Program-made: the position numbers and the translations under genes
Shown: positions 60,651 to 64,000 of the stretch, piece after piece
How positions within the stretch are numbered: the stretch's first letter is position 1
Layout: every line of letters starts with the position of its first letter
Source: Bacteroidota bacterium
GTDB taxonomy: Bacteria > Bacteroidota > Ignavibacteria > UBA10030 > SZUA-254
Direction: 5' to 3'
Length of the DNA stretch: 64,000 bases
Assembly: GCA_035495255.1 (NCBI GenBank)
Contig: DATJGD010000065.1
Coordinates: 7,256 to 71,255, forward strand
The notes under the pieces: generated by a model
Seen by the model: the letters and a program-made list of their open reading frames with translations, nothing else
Database searches by the model: none
What the model was told of the DNA's origin: nothing

Positions 60651-62096
60651 ATGCTAGATCGTATTCACCGGCTTGAATCCCTCGCGCGCCAGATCGAACC
60701 TTCAACTTCCGAGCGACAACAGCTGAACTCCAGCGTCATCCATTACGCCGATAACTTCCTCGAGAACATTTACAGGCTGCCGGCCTACGTTGTCACCGAG
60801 GATAAAGGGATTGGCCTGTACGATTCACCCATTTCCGAAAATCCCTCCGATATTCAAACGCTTCTCGGGCTCCTGAAGCACAACGTCGACCGCCCGGGGC
60901 TGAATCCTGCTTCCGGCGGACACCTCGGCTACATCCCTGGCGGAGGAATCTATACTTCGGCTCTTGGCGATTATCTCGCCGATGTTACGAACCGGTATGC
61001 GGGGGTTTTCTTCGGCTCGCCGGGGGCGGTTCGCATGGAAAACATGCTCATCGACTGGATGGCGTCGGTTGTAGGTTATCCTGCAACAACGGCAGGCAAT
61101 CTCACCTCCGGCGGCAGTATCGCCAATCTCATCGGCATCGTTACAGCCCGCGAAGCCCGGGGCGTAAAATCAAAAGACATTGAGCGGTCGGCCATTTATC
61201 TTACTGAGCACGTGCACCACAGTGTCGATAAGGCGATCCGTATCGCCGGACTGCAGGAAAGCGTTTTGCGCCACGTCCCGATGGATAGTCTCTTCCGGAT
61301 GGATGCGGATGCTTTGGAGCGATTGATTGTCGCCGACAAAAAGGCCGGCGTGCGTCCCTGGCTTGTGATCGCGTCCGCGGGCACGACCGATGTGGGCGCC
61401 GTCGATCCGATGGACACCATCGCCGCAATTGCGAGGAACCATGGAATGTGGTTTCACGTTGACGGAGCGTATGGAGGTTTTTTCATTCTTTGTGAAGAGG
61501 GGAAGAAGATCTTGAAGGGCATGGAAGCTTCCGACTCGCTGGTCGTTGACCCGCACAAAGGTCTCTTCCTTCCGTACGGTTCGGGTGCCGTTCTGGTTAA
61601 GGATAAAGCGCCGCTCGCACAAGCGCATCATTACACGGCGAACTATATGCAGGACGCCCAATCCTCGCGCGAAGAACTTTCACCTGCCGATCTCTCTCCT
61701 GAGCTGACAAAGCACTTTAGAGGACTGCGTCTCTGGCTGCCTCTTAAACTGCATGGGGTCGCACCCTTTCGCGCAGGCGTGGAGGAGAAGCTCATGCTCG
61801 CCCGCTACTTCCACGAACAGATTCAGAAGATCGAAGGGTTCGAAGCCGGACCGGCTCCCGCTCTTTCCATCGTGACGTATCGTTACATCCCGAAGCGTGG
61901 CGGCGCGAATGAATTCAACAAGCGGTTGGTCGACGAGGTTCACCGCGACGGCCGTGTATTTATTTCGTCGACGATGATCGGCGGAAATTTTACCTTGCGG
62001 CTAGCAGTGCTTGCATTCCGGACCCACCTTGAGACGATCGACCTGACGCTGAAGATACTCAGAGAAAAAGCTCAATACCTTGCTGAAACGATGTAA
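60651..62096 (+). CDS. Group-II PLP-dependent amino-acid decarboxylase (aromatic-L-amino-acid/tyrosine decarboxylase-like)
   Basis: TSGGSIANLIGIVTARE, WFHVDGAYGGFF, VVDPHKGLFLPYGSGAVLV (PLP Lys). Confidence 0.88.
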   Translation: MLDRIHRLESLARQIEPSTSERQQLNSSVIHYADNFLENIYRLPAYVVTEDKGIGLYDSPISENPSDIQTLLGLLKHNVDRPGLNPASGGHLGYIPGGGIYTSALGDYLADVTNRYAGVFFGSPGAVRMENMLIDWMASVVGYPATTAGNLTSGGSIANLIGIVTAREARGVKSKDIERSAIYLTEHVHHSVDKAIRIAGLQESVLRHVPMDSLFRMDADALERLIVADKKAGVRPWLVIASAGTTDVGAVDPMDTIAAIARNHGMWFHVDGAYGGFFILCEEGKKILKGMEASDSLVVDPHKGLFLPYGSGAVLVKDKAPLAQAHHYTANYMQDAQSSREELSPADLSPELTKHFRGLRLWLPLKLHGVAPFRAGVEEKLMLARYFHEQIQKIEGFEAGPAPALSIVTYRYIPKRGGANEFNKRLVDEVHRDGRVFISSTMIGGNFTLRLAVLAFRTHLETIDLTLKILREKAQYLAETM

Positions 62097-62097
62097 C

Positions 62098-64000
62098 ATG
62101 CGTGCGGGGACAAGGAGAGTTTTCTCCTTCCTCATTGTTGCACTTGTATTTGCCGTCTCCGGATATTCCCGCTCCCTCCCTGATTCGTCATCCTTTGCCG
62201 AAGCCCGTGTCGCAATCATGTGGGACCGTGCCGCCACCGGCGCCGCAAGCAATGATCAGGCGAGCTTCGCCTCGGCATTTCAATCTCTCAACATCCAGGC
62301 CGATACAATTAGTCCGGGCCAGCTGACTAATTCGAAGACCAACTTAATGGAATACAATCTCCTTATCGTCCCCAATCCCAAACTTCTGAAATCGAAGGCA
62401 ACACAAGATGTCATAAGTTTTGTTCAGCAGGGGGGAAATCTCATTCTCGACGGGCAGAGCAGCCTTGCAGCGTCCTTCGGATTTTCGGGCAAAATCGGCG
62501 GCCTCGCGGCAGATTCAGGCTTCACGGTGAAGCGCATGGTCGACCGGTACTATCCCGAGGACACGCTCCGGCTGGCGGTTTCCGATAAGATGAACAAACT
62601 CACCGAAAAGGAAGACGACGAAGTCCTTTGCCGCGAAGCAACGACGGGAAATGCAGTCACAGTCGTGCGACAATATGGGTCCGGCAAAGTGCTCTACTTC
62701 GGCATCCTCTTCGACCCCGTTTCAAGCGGCGGCTACTCGCGTTTTCCTTTCCTCATGCAATATGTGTGGGACTTTTTTTCGTTGCGGCCCATTCTCAGAC
62801 GGGAATACCTCGAAATGTACTTCGATCCCGGTTTCCGGCACAACGAGAATGTAGACAGCCTCGCAAGAACCTGGAAGAGCGCCGGCATTCAGGTCATTCA
62901 TGCAGCCGCATGGCATCAGCACGCCACATGGACGTACAATTATACACGTCTTGTCTCTGCCTGCCACGCGGAAGGCATGCGCATTTACGCCTGGCTCGAG
63001 CCGCCTCACGTATCGGAAAAATTCTGGAGGCAGTATCCTGCCTGGAAGGAAGTAAATTACCGGGGTGAAACGATTCTTCCGCAATGGCGGTATCTTGAAG
63101 CGCTCACCGATTCGAACTGCCTGCAAAAAGTGAAGGAAGATTATTCGAATTTGCTCAATGCCTATGAATGGGACGGGGTGAATCTCGCGGAATTGTATTT
63201 CGAATCGGACCGGGGGACATCCAACCCGTCGAAATATACGCCGATGCATCCTTCGGCGCGCGCGGAGTTTTCGAAACTTCACGGATTCGATCCGGCGCTT
63301 CTATTTGTCGACACGTCGAAAGTATTTTGGAAGAGAAACCATAAAGCGTTGAATCTCTTCGAGCGCTACCGGTCAGAGAAGGTTGTCCGGCTTCACGAAG
63401 AGCTGCTCAAAACACTTGAGGACGCGCGCAAAGATAAGGGTTCATTCGACGTGATCGTAACGGCGTTCGACGACATGTCGAATCCGAAGCTGCGTTCGTA
63501 CCTCGGTGCCGACATCCGGGGCCTCATCAAGCTGCAAAAGAAGTACTCGTTCACGCTGCAAGTCGAAGATCCGCAATCCCGCTGGTCCAATGACCCCCGG
63601 CGATATATCGCGCTCGGCGAAAGGTACCGTTCATTGCTTGGACGCCGCCAGAATCTCATGTTGGACCTGAATATTTTGAACTACAGAGATCGTTACGGAA
63701 ACAATCCCTTCCCGACGGAGATACAGACCGGGATCGAGTCTTACCAGATGGTGTACTCGGCAGCTTCCGCAAGCGACAGAATGACCATGTATTCGGAGTC
63801 GAGCGTTCGTCCGGATGATCTTCGCTTTTTCCCTTACGCCGCCTCGGCACCCGCTTCGGTCCGACGCGTGCAAAACGGATGGTCCGTGAAAACACCCTTC
63901 CCGGTCACCCTTGAACTTCCGGAACAATTTGCGTTTCTTAGGTTGTCGACAGGAGAAGAGTTGCGGTCTGATCACGGCCGGTTTATGCTTCCTGAAGGCG
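62098..64000 (+). CDS. Secreted protein of more than 634 aa, possibly a glycoside-hydrolase-like TIM barrel preceded by a GATase-like domain. Partial: it continues past the window end.
   Basis: Not in the ORF track (open at the edge). I translated all 634 codons from ATG 62098, 1 nt after the decarboxylase stop, and found no stop. Signal peptide MRAGTRRVFSFLIVALVFAVSGYS. ..MRIYAWLEPPHVSEKFWRQYPAWKEVNYRGE..YEWDGVNLAELYFE.. The functional guess is weak. Confidence 0.8.
   Translation, partial: MRAGTRRVFSFLIVALVFAVSGYSRSLPDSSSFAEARVAIMWDRAATGAASNDQASFASAFQSLNIQADTISPGQLTNSKTNLMEYNLLIVPNPKLLKSKATQDVISFVQQGGNLILDGQSSLAASFGFSGKIGGLAADSGFTVKRMVDRYYPEDTLRLAVSDKMNKLTEKEDDEVLCREATTGNAVTVVRQYGSGKVLYFGILFDPVSSGGYSRFPFLMQYVWDFFSLRPILRREYLEMYFDPGFRHNENVDSLARTWKSAGIQVIHAAAWHQHATWTYNYTRLVSACHAEGMRIYAWLEPPHVSEKFWRQYPAWKEVNYRGETILPQWRYLEALTDSNCLQKVKEDYSNLLNAYEWDGVNLAELYFESDRGTSNPSKYTPMHPSARAEFSKLHGFDPALLFVDTSKVFWKRNHKALNLFERYRSEKVVRLHEELLKTLEDARKDKGSFDVIVTAFDDMSNPKLRSYLGADIRGLIKLQKKYSFTLQVEDPQSRWSNDPRRYIALGERYRSLLGRRQNLMLDLNILNYRDRYGNNPFPTEIQTGIESYQMVYSAASASDRMTMYSESSVRPDDLRFFPYAASAPASVRRVQNGWSVKTPFPVTLELPEQFAFLRLSTGEELRSDHGRFMLPEG

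Overview
64-kb chromosomal window from a bacterium with roughly 55-62% G+C. It is most likely a member of the FCB superphylum (Ignavibacteria/Bacteroidota-like). Supporting evidence: a T9SS C-terminal sorting-domain cargo protein, an ActABCDEF alternative complex III operon joined to Sco and a caa3-type cytochrome oxidase, and an RRM-type RNA-binding protein.

Left to right:
(i) 1-9.0 kb, minus strand: reductive pyrimidine/beta-alanine catabolic cluster. It contains a PreT-like gene (open at the window edge, missing from the ORF track), an ALDH, mmsA, a class-III aminotransferase and a beta-ureidopropionase. A T9SS cargo gene with its own terminator interrupts it.
(ii) 9.4-16.3 kb: RRM protein, then an envelope cluster of murA, a TPR/PMT-like membrane protein, a membrane HExxH (MA-peptidase-like) protein and a GT9 heptosyltransferase.
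(iii) About 16.3-24.7 kb: a visibly lower-G+C segment. It carries Crp/Fnr, a Cys/His sORF, two USPs, an NTP-transferase, a gene remnant, a Tat-exported metallophosphoesterase-cupredoxin fusion, an ECF sigma with ZAS anti-sigma, tatA (52 aa, not in the track) and an aldo/keto reductase.
(iv) eno-modA-modB-pgm, an MFS transporter and a DUF486 protein.
(v) 30.9-45.2 kb: respiratory module of a TlpA-like thioredoxin, a small Cys/Met-rich secreted protein, a bicupin, actABCDEF, a small TM protein, sco and coxBACD.
(vi) Two lipoproteins, a class-I aminotransferase and pdxH.
(vii) 49.1-58.1 kb: alpha-glucan operon of GH57, ATP-grasp, a 1128-aa atypical GH13, glgC and glgA.
(viii) A small basic protein, LemA-TPM-TPM, a PLP decarboxylase, and a secreted protein of more than 634 aa that is open at the right edge (not in the track).

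I recognised no rRNA, tRNA, CRISPR array, transposase or integrase.

The most unusual items are:
- the ATP-grasp gene translationally coupled to a giant GH13 with non-canonical conserved regions, inside the glycogen operon;
- the low-G+C stress/redox segment with the metallophosphoesterase-cupredoxin fusion;
- several uncharacterised small or membrane proteins embedded in otherwise canonical operons.

All calls rest on reading the translations. No database search was run.
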